Source: Lepidodermella squamata (lineage: Eukaryota > Animalia > Gastrotricha). From it: a stretch of DNA of 64,000 nt. The stretch spans positions 620,001 to 684,000 of the forward strand of contig JBLDXI010000034.1 of the NCBI GenBank assembly GCA_047495785.1, read 5' to 3'. The notes beneath the pieces are model-generated. The model was not told the DNA's origin. It saw only the letters and a program-made list of their open reading frames with translations, and did not search any database. The translations under genes were made by a program, and so were the position numbers. Below, piece by piece: positions 1-12,173 of the stretch (its first letter is position 1; every line of letters begins with the position of its first letter).

Positions 1-275
1 CATTAGCTACTTTTCGAGTTGATACTCGAGTTGAATCCTGAGAGTTCCATGTCCTGAACCTTGAGGAAGCCTAAATACTATAACTGAGAAATTGTTTCCC
101 AACGTTCGGCAGAAGGTCTTAAATTCCCCAACAAACTATTTTGGATATTTAGGGTTTTATAATTGAGAATTGAGAATCATTAGCATTCGAAGCACGAACA
201 ACAAGATCTGTCTGGAATGAAATCAACGCAGCTTGCAACTAGGAACATTTAGACAGGAGCTTTCGCAGTCTAGAT

Positions 276-1531
276 ATGATTATTCATACTCTTAGCCTTG
301 TACTCTATGCCGCTATTTCCACCTCCATTACGGCTGGTAAGTCGTGAATTCTTCATTATTTTTTCAAATAACATCGGTAAGACATAATAGAGAGTCAATA
401 CATCCAATCATGTCGGCAGAAGGATGTAAAATTTTATACGGCGATTCGGGAGCAAATGGGAGAGAAAGCGGCTAATAGCGAAACTGATTCAAACGGAAGG
501 AATTGCTTGATGATTGCCGCCGAAAGTGGAAATTGCAAAATTGTAGAAACAATCATGAAATACGCCGAAAACGGAGCGAATTCCATAAGCACTGAAGGCC
601 TAACTGGCCTGATGTATGCTATTACAAACAAACACATCGAGTGCATCAAGTCGATCTTGAACGGCAATGCAGACGTGAATATCAAGGGGAAGAACAAACA
701 AACTGCTCTCCACCTAGCCGCGAAGTCTGATATGGCAGAAGTTGTGAAGTTGCTGGTCGAAAAACGCGCGAAACCGAAAGCGAACCGGGGGACGCTGAGG
801 AAATCGACGATAGGGGAATGACCCCATTGTTGATAGCTGCAGAGGCTGGTTCCAGAAAATCAGCGATTCTGTTGATTCAGAAGAAAGCTAACGTCAATGC
901 GGCTAGTTCAAAACTGAAAGGCCAAACACCGCTTCATTTCGCGGCTGCAAAGGGAGATCGAGAGATGATGAGCGTCTTGCTTAATAACGGCGCCAATATC
1001 GAATCTGGGACGAATGAGACTCCGTTAATCCGAGCCATTGAAGAGAAGCAAACTGAAGCGGCGATTTTCCTATTGAATCGAGGTGCCAATGTCAACGCAA
1101 AGCAAATCTCGCCACTTCGATCAGCGATTCACGTTGCAGTAGCAACCGATAATACTCAACTCGTTGAAAAGTTAATCCGGCTGAAAGCTGATTTGAATGC
1201 TAAAGATGCATCGCACTGGCCGCCTGTGATTCTAGCGGCAAAGTCATCAATGTGTGGACCTCTTGAGGCGATAGCTCGTATGACGTATACTACAATGAAC
1301 TTTGAGACATACTTTCGGTTTGGGGAGACCGCTTTGATCATCTCAGCGGAGAAGGGTCTCTTGAAATGCGTCAAAGCTTTGAAAAAGGAGGATCATAAAT
1401 TGGCAAGGATTTCTGATAGCGAGACGCCGCTTCATTTAGCTGCGAAAAACGGCCACGTGGACGTTGTTCGAACTTTGCTGGCTGACGGCTCGAATCCTGC
1501 TCAGTTGAATAGGAACTTTAGCATGATGTAG
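276..1531 (+). pseudogene. Secreted ankyrin-repeat protein, copy A (frameshifted and truncated)
   Basis: ATG 276; exon 1 MIIHTLSLVLYAAISTSITA; intron 337-390 (GTAAG..TAG) joins in frame to ESQYIQSC. An extra ~20 nt near 775-795 shifts the frame (ORFs 456-821 and 818-1531). Homology to the paralogues stops at ~1517. Confidence 0.85.
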
Positions 1532-1867
1532 TTTTATTATTATAGGCCCTCCGCCTTTCGACGCTATAGGCACATGAGTTAGAAAGATTACAGAAATAAC
1601 TTGCCCCCATGCTAATCAGGGCTCTAGTCGAACACGCATGTATCTCGATCATAGGAGTTTTTTATAGTTGTTATTGTTTATATATATATATATATTTTTT
1701 TTTTCTTGCCGGTTTTTTATATTGGTTTGAATAGAAAAGTAGAAAATTGTTGATTCGTTGGTCGACCTTCGCGGCTTTGACGGGCAAGTTGAAAGGCTCA
1801 TTTCAGGGCTATAGTGGCTAGGGCTCAGGGCGGATTTTCTGAAAAGATCGAAGGCAGGGGTTAACTC
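1518..1867. other. Non-homologous insert between ankyrin copies A and B, with (TA)n/T-run
   Basis: No similarity to the ankyrin paralogues; TA/T tract at ~1678-1704; origin not identified. Confidence 0.5.
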
Positions 1868-3127
1868 ATTGGTGTTCTCCTCAATAACGGCGCTAATATC
1901 GAATCTGGGACGAATGAGACTCCGTTAATCCGAGCCATTGAAGAGAAGCAAACTGAAGCGGCGATTTTCCTATTGAATCGAGGTGCCAATGTCAACGCAA
2001 AGCAAATCTCGCCACTTCGATCAGCGATTCACGTTGCAGTAGCAACCGATAATACTCAAATTGTTGAGAATTTGATCCGGCTGAAAGCTGATTTGTACGC
2101 TAGAGATGAATTGTATCGGACGCCGTTGATTTTAGCTGCAAATCTATCGTTGTGCGGACCTCTGGAAGCTATAGCTCGTATGTCGCCTAGAACGTTGAAC
2201 GTGAGGAGATTTAGGTCATCGGGGGACACTGCTTTGATGATTGCGGCGAAAAATGGCCAACTGAAATGCGTCCAAGCTTTGAAGGATGCAGATCATAACT
2301 TGGCTAAGAATTCTGATGGAGAGACAGCTCTTCATTTCGCTGCTAAAAAGGGCTACGTGGACGTTGTTCGAGCTTTGCTGGCTGACGGCTCGGATCCTGG
2401 TAAATTAAAAAAGAATTCGACAACTGCGCTTTTCGAGGCTCTTCTCGCCTGTCACGAGAAGACTGCCGATGTATTGGTCGATAGCATGAAAACTGACCCG
2501 CATCTCACAAAATTCGAACGTTACTCAGGAATTACTCTGCTTCACCTCGCTGCGAAATGTGATTTCCCGATTATTGCGAAAAAGCTGATTGCGAAAGGAG
2601 CGAAGCTCGAGGGTTTGGAAGCAACTAACGATATGACACCTCTCATTTACGCTTGTTCCCTCTTATCAAGGAAAACAGCTCTCGCTTTGATTGACGCTGG
2701 AGCAGATGTGAATGCCGCTACCCGTACCTATAGAAAAAACGCGCTTTACTACGCAGCTCGAAGTGGCGACTTATTCTTGGTCGAATTGCTGCTAGCAAAG
2801 GGTGCAAATGCGGAATCTGAAGGCTACGAGTCGCCCCTTCAAATCGCTTGTATGTACAATACTGATTTGAGAATTATTCGGTATTTACTCGATAGAGGGG
2901 CGAAAGCTAACGCGAGGGCCTACTTCAAACCTAACGGTCCAACATGTCTGCACATTCTTTTGGAATTCGGCAAAGCTAACGATACTGTAAAATTGGAAAT
3001 TACGAAAGTGCTCGTGGCTCATGGCGCTGATGTAAATCTTAAAAATCCGGGTGGTAAAACCGTATTAGCCTTTGCAAAAGACCCAGCTATTCGGGAATAT
3101 TTGATATCAATAGGTGCGAAAGAATGA
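1868..3127 (+). pseudogene. Ankyrin-repeat protein, copy B (5'-truncated)
   Basis: Starts mid-gene; 1868-2453 nearly identical to 5854-6439; ends PAIREYLISIGAKE like the other copies; has no signal exon of its own. Confidence 0.85.
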
Positions 3128-3264
3128 CGCGTTTATTACTACTAACAAATGCATGCGAAAACAAGAGTCAATAAAGCCAAAGTATGAGAGAATCCAGCAA
3201 TTTGCCATGTGCCATTAATCCTTTGCATTAGCTAATGAGTCAGCAATGAGCGAATGCAGCCCAA

Positions 3265-3520
3265 TTGATTTCATACCAGTACCTTCGGAGCCCGAAATTC
3301 GATCGAAGCTTGGTTGAGGCACAGATCGATAATCTTTTCATAAGGCTGATAACAGGGACCTTGCCACAAGCCCATAATGATGATGCTATGCGGCTTGAAT
3401 CGAGCATGGGCAGGTTGACGATCGACGCCGTTAGCGGTCGCCTCACATCGGCGCAGCAATACTTTGCAAAGGCCCAAGGCTGGAATAAGCTTCGCACTAC
3501 TGGAATAGTACTTGAAGATT
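3265..3520 (+). mobile_element. Possible fragment of a Mutator/SWIM-type transposase C-terminal region
   Basis: Short ORF (IDNLFIRL...MRLESSMGRLT) loosely resembling the post-catalytic region of MULE-SWIM transposases; cut by the element at 3521. Confidence 0.3.
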
Positions 3521-4947
3521 CAGGGTATTCGGTTTAAACTCAAACCAATCAGTTTACTAATCAGTTTACACCGGTGCCGGTATAAACCGGTTCTTTTTAA
3601 GTTCAATAAAAACCGCAGTTTTAAGTAAACAGACAAATCCGACGATTAGATAGCAAGACATTACAATGAATATAAGTCGTCCTAGCTGAAAGTGTTGGCA
3701 CAAAATTCAGCGACAAGATCAGGAGTTGCATTAGTTATGATAATCAGCTTTGATTCTTAGCGTGAAGGATCATTTGCCAAGTAAGATGTTGACAAATTCG
3801 AACAAAAATCAATCATTCACAGTGTAATCGATAATCGATAACAGATAACCCGTTTTCAGAATTTTCATAGCTATCACAGATCTGGAGATTAGCCTTTTTT
3901 AATTTTTATTGCTATAAACAAACAACTGGGTACTGCGAAGAAATGGACTTAGTGTTGCGGAATGGACGATGGCTTTGAAAATGTCGACTAACACGGCTCC
4001 AGTTAGAGGTGTACCGGGTGTCAGCCAGGACGGACGCCAGTGCCGCCGATGCGGCGCTGAGATTGAATCCCTAGCACACGTTCTGGGGGCCTGCCCCTTT
4101 AACTCGCTGCTGATAACGTCGAGGCACAACAAAATCCGCCAGAAGATTGCTTTGGAACTACGACGCCAAGGATACAACGTCACTGAAGAGGGACACTGTA
4201 TAGCCGAAAACGGATCCTCTCGGCGTTTTGATATTTTGGCATTTCGAAGAGGAAGCAGACATGGAGCAATCATCGACCCCACAATTAGATTTGAATCATC
4301 AGAAGGTCAATTCGGAGATGTCGACATTGAGAAGCGTTCGAGCTACGAGCCGTGTAGCAAGTTCATCTGCGAAGCCTTTGATTTGGACTCGATAGAAGTA
4401 CACGGCCTTTATATCGGCACACGGGGCTCGCTAACCAAAGAAGAGATCCAATTACTTCAAGATTACGGAATCAGCAGCAGTACAGCTGTTGATATGGCCC
4501 ATCAAATCCTTAAGGATAGCATTAGGATCCTGAATAATCATCTTTACTCAAATAGCCAACCTACTCAAAGACGCTAACTAATCAATCAATCAAGCAATTA
4601 ATTCATCAATTAATCTCATCAAATTATAAACTTAATAATTTATAATCCTGTGTCTCAAAGGCAATGTTATAGTTTGTATATAACACAGTATACCAATAAA
4701 AGGTTTTCTCTCATTTAATCGAATTTGCATGAAAATAGTCGCGTAACACTATACAGTTTTTTTGCGTAGATTAACGTGGTGCACTCCAAAATTCATTGGA
4801 AGCTAAGGTATTTGAGTTGTTCGACTCTCCTTTGGTCATAACCTTTGATTATTGAAATCCATTAAAAACCGGTGTTTATTACCGGTATAAATCGGTTTAA
4901 ACTTAGGCGGTTTTTTCAGAATAAAAACCGGTCGGTTTAATACCCTG
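3521..4947. mobile_element. hAT-like non-autonomous element carrying a nested LINE fragment
   Basis: Termini CAGGGTATT...AATACCCTG; subterminal AAACCGG repeats; flanks TGAAGATT/TAAAAATT (6/8, degenerate 8-bp TSD). A related end lies at ~48392-48460. Confidence 0.65.
3900..4705 (+). mobile_element. 3' fragment of an RLE-type (R2/R4/NeSL-like) non-LTR retrotransposon
   Basis: ORF 3969-4577: CRRC..HVLGAC zinc knuckle, RHN, RFDIL, IIDPTIRFE, EKRSSY restriction-like endonuclease motifs; AATAAA near 4695. Confidence 0.85.
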
Positions 4948-5184
4948 TAAAAATTGCATTGTCCGTACTTTTCGATTCTTGAGAGTTCCATGAGAGAGCC
5001 GCGAAATCAATCAAAATATTCTTAAACCTTGGCTCAACTCGCAAACAATTATTGGGAAGTTTTGCGTGTTATACGCTGGAATCATTAGCATTCCAAGCAT
5101 GAAAACTTAAAAAGAGATTTGTCTGGGATGGAGAATGCAGTTTGTTACTCGGGTAATCCAGACAAGAGATTCCATAGTCTAGCA

Positions 5185-7116
5185 ATGATTATTCCTACCC
5201 GTAGCCTAACACTCTTCGCCGCTCTATTCTCATCTATTGCTGGTGGTAAGTTTAATCTTCCAATATTCTTTTTAGAAACCTCAGTCACGCATAATAGAGA
5301 GTCAATACCTCCAATCTTGTCGGCAGAAGGATGTCACCTTTTATACGGCGATTCGAGAAAAAATGGGCGAGCAAGCCGCTAATAGCGAAACTGATTCAAA
5401 TGGCCAGAATTGCTTGATGATAGCTGCTGAAAGTGGAAATTGCAAAATTGTAGAAACAATCATGAAATACGCCAAAAACGGAGCAAATTCCCGGAGCAGG
5501 GAAGGCCTAACTGCCCTGATGTATGCTATCACAAACAAACACATCCAGTGCATCAAGTCGATCTTGAACAGCAATGCAGATGTTAACATCAAGGGGAAGA
5601 ATAAGCAAACTGCCCTTCACCTAGCTGCTAAATTGGACATGGTAGAAGTTGTAAAGTTGCTCGTGGAAAAAGGCGCGAAACTCGAAGTAATCGATAATAG
5701 AAGGATGACCCCATTGTTGCTAGCTGCAGAGGCTGGTTCCAGAAAATCAGCGATTCTCTTGATCCAGAAGAAAGCTAACGTCAATGCGCTAGCTCAAAGC
5801 CCAGAGGCGAAACACCGCTCCATTTCGCGGCTGCTAAGGGCGATCGAGAGCTGATTGGTGTTCTCCTCAATAACGGCGCTAATATCGAATCTGGGACGAA
5901 TGAGACTCCGTTAATCCGAGCCATTGAAGAGAAGCAAACTGAAGCGGCGATTTTCCTATTGAATCGAGGTGCCAATGTCAACGCAAAGCAAATCTCGCCA
6001 CTTCGATCAGCGATTCACGTTGCAGTAGCAACCGATAATACTCAAATTGTAGAGAATTTGATCCGGCTGAAAGCTGATTTGTACGCTAGAGATGAATTGT
6101 ATCGGACGCCGTTGATTTTAGCTGCAAATCTATCGTTGTGCGGACCTCTGGAAGCTATAGCTCGTATGTCGCCTAGAACGTTGAACGTGAGGAGATTTAG
6201 GTCATCGGGGGACACTGCTTTGATGATTGCGGCGAAAAATGGCCAACTGAAATGCGTCCAAGCTTTGAAGGATGCAGATCATAACTTGGCTAAGAATTCT
6301 GATGGAGAGACAGCTCTTCATTTCGCTGCTAAAAAGGGCTACGTGGACGTTGTTCGAGCTTTGCTGGCTGACGGCTCGGATCCTGGTAAATTAAAAAAGA
6401 ATTCGACAAGTGCGCTTTTCGAGGCTCTTCTCGCCTGTCAAGAGAAGACAGCCGATGTATTGGTGGACAGCATGAAAGAGGATCCTCACCTGAACAAGTT
6501 TGAAAATTGCTCAGGACTTACACTGCTTCACCTCGCCGCGAAATGTGATTTCCCGAATATTGCGATAAAGCTGATTGCAAAAGGCGCGAAGCTTGAAGTT
6601 GTGAAAGCAATTACTGCTATAACACCTCTCGTTTACGCTTGTTCCCACTCATCAAAGAAAACAGCTCTCGTCTTGATTGACGCTGGGGCAGATGTGAATG
6701 CTGCCTCCCGTTCAATCCTCAAAATCAGCTGTATCTTACATGCAGCTCGAAGTGGTGACTTGCCATTGGTCGAATTACTAATAGCTAAGGGTGCGAATGT
6801 GGAACCTGGATGCCACGAATCACCCCTTCAAGTTGCTTGCAAGTACAATAAGGATGCGAAAGTTATTCGGTATTTACTTGATAGAGGGGCAAAGGCTAAC
6901 GCTAGGGTCGATTCCAAATCCAACGGTTCAACATGTCTGCATATTCTTTCGCAATCAGGCAAAGCTAACGATACTGTAAAATTGGAGGTTACGAAAGAAC
7001 TCGTGGCTCACGGCGCTGATGTGAATTTGAAAAATCCGAAAGGTAAAACCGTATTAGCCCTGGCGAAAAACCCAGCTATTCGCGAATACTTGATATCAAT
7101 AGGTGCGAAGGAATGA
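5185..7116 (+). pseudogene. Secreted ankyrin-repeat protein, copy C (single 1-nt frameshift)
   Basis: ATG 5185 MIIPTRSLTLFAALFSSIAG; intron 5246-5297; 1-nt deletion at ~5788 (gcgct vs gcggct in copy D). Otherwise full length, so this could be an assembly error. Confidence 0.85.
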
Positions 7117-8813
7117 TGCATTTCTTTATTGCTAACAAATTTGTGCGATAACAAGAGTCAATAAAGCAAAAGTATGAGAGAATCCATTCCCGTTACAGCC
7201 ACGAGCATACCTAACCGGAATTACCAGGACAAGAAATTTTCTTAATGAATGCTCTGAAAATCAAAATAAAATAATGCATCTGCTTGATTATCTCTAACAC
7301 GGTAATATCTGAAATCTGAAAGCTTCTGATACTGATTTTCAGATTCTCCGCACTCGATGTAGTAAACGAATGATCTTTTCGAGAGAACAACTACATCCTG
7401 TTGGTCTTCTTCCCCCGTCTTAGGACAGGGCGAACTAGGTGATCATCCTAACTTGCCATGCAAGCTCGTCAAATGACTTTGGGCAGTTGTGTTTTCTCAA
7501 AAAGATCTAAATCGAGTACGGAGACTTTGAAAATCAATATTAGAAGCTTCCAGATGTCATGGTTAGAGATCGAGAGAGTTCACCAAGATGATCCAAGATC
7601 TCCCCTAAGGAGGTACTAAGGCGCCGGAGGAGCAAAAAGTCGATTTTTCTGACCTATTGTTTTTTCAACGGTTTCTAGGTAATTCGACAACGCTGAGTCC
7701 AGCGCAATTTACAGAATCGTTCTAGACTTCAAAGTTGTTCATCTACAACATGGGGAACGCTAGGACGACGCCGCGGCGCGCTCGTTGCCCAACGAACGAA
7801 CAAAATCCCATTGCTAATGTAAACAAAATATTTTTAAATTCTAAAATCTTCATTATTTTAATTTTTAAATCTGTTTTCAAATACAAATTCAAATACAGGA
7901 AAATGCGAAATTCGAATTTCTCGTCGTTCACTTTTCTAGGGTGGTCTGCAAAAAAGCTGGTTTTCATCAGTGGAAAAGCTGTTATTAGCTGCTGTAATTG
8001 GCAATTAGGCATGTTATCCAACTTTTCAGACTACAAAAAGCTGCAATCATGCAATGTAAACTTCTATATAAGGCAAGATACCTGGCTCTACGGACCTAGA
8101 CAAGATGAGTTTCCGGACTGGACACTGCATATCTTGCCTAAGATGTTATTTTGTAGGTCGCCTAGTCAGCTGGAGTTCGCGGGGGTCGCCTGATGCTTTT
8201 CGTAAAGCTTGATTATTGTGAAAATTTAGTTAACTGAGTTTGTCAGATAAGAGATAAGGGTGGAATCGCCGCTAAAGACATGGTTCCTTCGAATTTTTCA
8301 GAAGACTGTTTGTCTGTTACCAGTAACAGGTCTGTTACCTGTTATGACTGTTATGACTGTTTCTGGCCGGACATTTCCATCTATTTACCAAATATTGTCT
8401 AAAAATTGTAACAGACACGTCTAACGGCTCTCTGCACACTCGCATCTAATTTCCCAAGTTCTCAACAATGGGATAAATGTTCATTGAATAAAAAAAATTA
8501 ATTAATTTATTAATAGTTCGTTGCAATGCCGCACAAAATCGGGCTTCAAGCGGCCTGAAAAATGAAGATTGAGAAGCACTGTTGTTGACGGCTCCATGTT
8601 ACATGTCCTGCATCCGGAACATTAATAAATAACTGTGGCAATTTGTTCTCCGATCGACTAAAGGTCTTGAATTCCCCACAAATAAATAATTTGAAGCTTT
8701 GAGTAAGTTGGAATCATTAGCATTCCAAGCATGAAACCTTCGACAAATCTGTCCGGGATAAAAAAAACGAATACTTTGGTAATCCAGACAAGTGCTTCCG
8801 TAGAAGTCTAGCA

Positions 8814-10731
8814 ATGATTATTCCGACCCTCAGCATAACACTTTTCGCCACTCTTTTCACCTCAATTGCGGCTGGTAAGTCATAGAAACTTGTTAGTGAT
8901 GCTGTTGAGTGAAATCAAAATAGAGAGTCAATACATCCAATCATGTCAGCGGAAGGATGTCAAATTTTATACGGCAATTCGGGAGCAAATGGGCGAGAAA
9001 GCGGCAAATAGCGAAACTGACTCAAGCGGAAGAAACTGCTTGATGATAGCTGCCGAAAGTGGGAATTGCAAAATTGTGGCGACAATCATGAAATACGTCG
9101 AAAATGGAGCAAACTCGCTCAGCCATGAGGGTCTAACTGCTTTGATGTATGCTATCACAAACAAACACATCGACTGCATCAAGTCGATCTTGAACGGCAA
9201 TGCAGACGTGAATATCGAGGGGAAAAATCAGCTAACTGCCCTACACCTAGCCGCTAAATCGGATATGGTAGAAGTTGTAAAGCTGCTGGTCGAGAAGGGC
9301 GCGAAACTCAATGAAATCGATAATAGAGGGATGACCCCATTATTGGTAGCTGCAGAAGCTGGTTCAAGAAAATCAGCGATTCTCTTGATCCAAAAGAAGG
9401 CCTACGTCAATGCGGCTAGTTCGAAACTCGGAGGCCAAACTCCTCTTCATTTCGCGGCTGCTAATGGCGATCGAGAGCTGATGAGCATCCTGCTTAATAA
9501 CGGCGCGAATATCGAATCTGGACTTGATGAGACCCCGCTGCTACGAGCTATTAAAGAGAAGCAGACTGAAGCGGCGATTTTCCTGTTAAATCGGGGTGCC
9601 AATGTCAACGCGCAGCAAAAAGTCTGGCCACGTCAATCAGCACTTCACATCGCAGTTGCTACGAATAATACTCAACTCGTTGAGAATTTGATCCGACTGA
9701 AAGCTGATTTGTATGCTAGAGATGAACTGCAACGGCCGCCTTTGATTTTAGCTGCGTATCTGTCGTCGTGCGGACCTCTTGAAGCTATAGCTCGTATGGC
9801 TCCCCAAATCTTGAATTTAAAGACATATAGGAGCTTTGGGGACACTGCTTTAATGATCTCAGCGGAAAATGGCCTACTGAAATGCGTCCAAGCTTTGAAA
9901 CAGGCGGATCATAACTTGGCTAGTTCTGATGGAATGACAGCCCTTCATTTAGCTGCGAAAAAGGGCCACGTGGACGTTGTTCGAACTTTGCTGGCTGACG
10001 GCTCGAACCCTGCTCAGTTGAATAAAAACTCGACAAGTGCGCTTTTCGAGGCTCTTCTCAACTGTCAAGAGAAGACTGCGGATTTATTGGTCGACAGCAT
10101 GAAAGAGGATCCTCACCTGAACAAGTTTGAAAATTGCTCAGGACTTACACTGCTTCACCTCGCTGCAAAATGCGATTTCCCGATTATTGCGAAAAAGCTG
10201 ATTGCGAAAGGCGCGAATCTTGAGAGTTTGGAAAAGACCGATTCTATGACACCTCTCGTTTATGCGTGTTCCCGCTCATCACACAAAACTGCTCTAGCTT
10301 TGATTGACGCCGGGGCAAACGTGAATGCCGCTACCCGTACATTCCGCGAAACTAGTCTTTACTACGCAGCTCGAAGTGGCGATTTATCTTTGGTTGAATT
10401 ACTGTTGGCGAAGGGTGCCAATGCGGAATCTGAAGACGGATATGGATCACCCCTTCAAATCGCCTGTACGTACAATAAGGATGCGAAAGTTATTCGGTAT
10501 TTACTCGCTAGAGGGGCAAAGGCTAACGCAAGACCCAACGGTTCAACATGTCTCCATTTAGTTCTGGGAAGACGTAAAGCCAATAATACTGTCAAATTTG
10601 AAATTACGAAAGAACTCGTGGCTCACGGCGCTGATGTAAATATGAATAATCCGAAAGGTAAAACTGCCTTAGCCCTAGCGAAAGACCCAGCTATTCGCGA
10701 ATATTTGATATCAATAGGTGCGAAGGAATGA
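8814..10731 (+). CDS. Secreted ankyrin-repeat protein, copy D (intact, ~622 aa, ~17 repeats)
   Basis: Exon 1 8814-8874 (MIIPTLSITLFATLFTSIAA), intron 8875-8923, exon 2 8924-10731 open; repeated TPLHxAA-type motifs; AATAAA at 10786. Confidence 0.92.
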
Positions 10732-10754
10732 CGCGATTCTTTATTACTGATAAA

Positions 10755-12059
10755 CTAACAAATGCATGCGATTATAACAAGAGTCAATAAAGCAAAAGTG
10801 CGAGAATATCCATTCCCAATACAGCCACTTGCATACCTCACAGTTGTCGAGCTGAATTGAGTCACCAATTGATAGGCAGTAACATTGCCAGTCCTACTAT
10901 CAGCAATAATCAACTTCCTATCCCAGTAAATCATAAAAGAGAGGGTAATATCCAAGTCAGTAGCATTGAGGACTGAAATCAGTCCAGCAGTTTGTTTGTT
11001 ATAGGCAATAAAGCCTCCCTTAACCATGGTGAAAACGTAGTCCTTCGTGACAATCGGTGCGTTATTTGTCTCGACTCCTTTGCCGAAATCGAGGAATTTC
11101 GTCGATCGACCAGTTGTTTTGTCAAATGCACAAATTTTGCTGACCAGGCCACATTTTGAGTAAACAGCCTCATCCGCAACAGCCGAGGGTGTTTCCCTAG
11201 GGTTATTATTGTTGTAAGACGCGATTTGGGTGGTCCAATTCATCTTTTGAGCGTCGATATCCACCCCGAACCAGGCTACATTGTCCAAACTAGGCCAAAC
11301 CACTCCGACTAGCAGATTTTGGTACAAAGATGGTAGCCACATGGTGCTTGAGGCTGATGTTGGAAAGTCGATTTTCCATAGCGTTTGGCCTAGTTTCATG
11401 TCCAGCTCCGAGATAGACCCGCTTTGAGCCACGAAGAGTCTCAAATCGTTCAAAATTGATTGGCCTAGGATGTTAGACCCCAAATCGACTGTGAACAGCG
11501 TCTCCCCAGAATCAGGCCGAACAGCCCGTAATTTCGGCCCGGCTTTGAAGTAGACCGTATCGTAAGACTCGCTAACTACATCGCCATATTGGCCATTGAA
11601 GTCATTGTCAGTAATCGGGAGGTCTTGATGGATTTGGGTCCAGCGGATAGTTAGCGAGTCCAAATTCACTGCATGGAAATTTATCGAGCCTCCAGTTCGG
11701 AAACTTCTGGTGAAAAGTAATTCCCGCTTCACACCAATGAAAGGCTGGCTGCATTGCCGGGTTGTATCACCTACAACAGTCAAACTCGTCCGTTTCTCCC
11801 CAGTTTTCGAGTTGATAACAGTTAGAGAGGTGCATTTTCGAGATAGGACGTAGATTGAATCTCGGTGGACAACAGGTTCCCAAAAGTGATTGTCCTTACT
11901 TATCGATGTAAGTATCTGGGTGGTCCATATGGGATCGATCCGAGTTATGTTTCCAACTTCTGTTTCAATATATCGGTTATGGGCATTGCTACCACCAAAA
12001 TTAGGCCAAGATACCGCGAAGGCCACGAGCAAGGTAAGTAAAACAGCGAAAATCAGCAT
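10755..12059 (-). CDS. Secreted/GPI-type PQQ (BamB-like) beta-propeller repeat protein
   Basis: 434-aa intronless ORF; N-terminal signal peptide; WPNFGGSNAHN start motif; blade-end motifs (KTGEKR, TIRW, SGETLF, GQTLW, QKMNW, TTGRS); hydrophobic C-terminal tail. Confidence 0.8.
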   Translation of the reverse strand: MLIFAVLLTLLVAFAVSWPNFGGSNAHNRYIETEVGNITRIDPIWTTQILTSISKDNHFWEPVVHRDSIYVLSRKCTSLTVINSKTGEKRTSLTVVGDTTRQCSQPFIGVKRELLFTRSFRTGGSINFHAVNLDSLTIRWTQIHQDLPITDNDFNGQYGDVVSESYDTVYFKAGPKLRAVRPDSGETLFTVDLGSNILGQSILNDLRLFVAQSGSISELDMKLGQTLWKIDFPTSASSTMWLPSLYQNLLVGVVWPSLDNVAWFGVDIDAQKMNWTTQIASYNNNNPRETPSAVADEAVYSKCGLVSKICAFDKTTGRSTKFLDFGKGVETNNAPIVTKDYVFTMVKGGFIAYNKQTAGLISVLNATDLDITLSFMIYWDRKLIIADSRTGNVTAYQLVTQFSSTTVRYASGCIGNGYSRTFALLTLVIIACIC

Positions 12060-12173
12060 TTTTACCGGAAATTACTGGAAAATACGGTTATGTATAGTTT
12101 AGGTATGACTGTATCGCAAGAACACGCTAAAATAATCGCACTCTTTTTTATTAAGCTAGATTGCATCCATTGT

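Noticed and set aside
7735-8193. 152-aa ORF between ankyrin copies
   Set aside because: AT-rich, repeat-like sequence, non-ATG start, no recognisable domain.
8866-8923. ORF-track N-terminus MRLVSHRN.. of copy D
   Set aside because: Mostly intron sequence from a TTG start; the conserved ATG and splice sites give a better model.
8814-10731. Latrotoxin or named ankyrin orthologue
   Set aside because: No latrotoxin N-terminal domain, spectrin-binding or death domain; no gene symbol can be supported.
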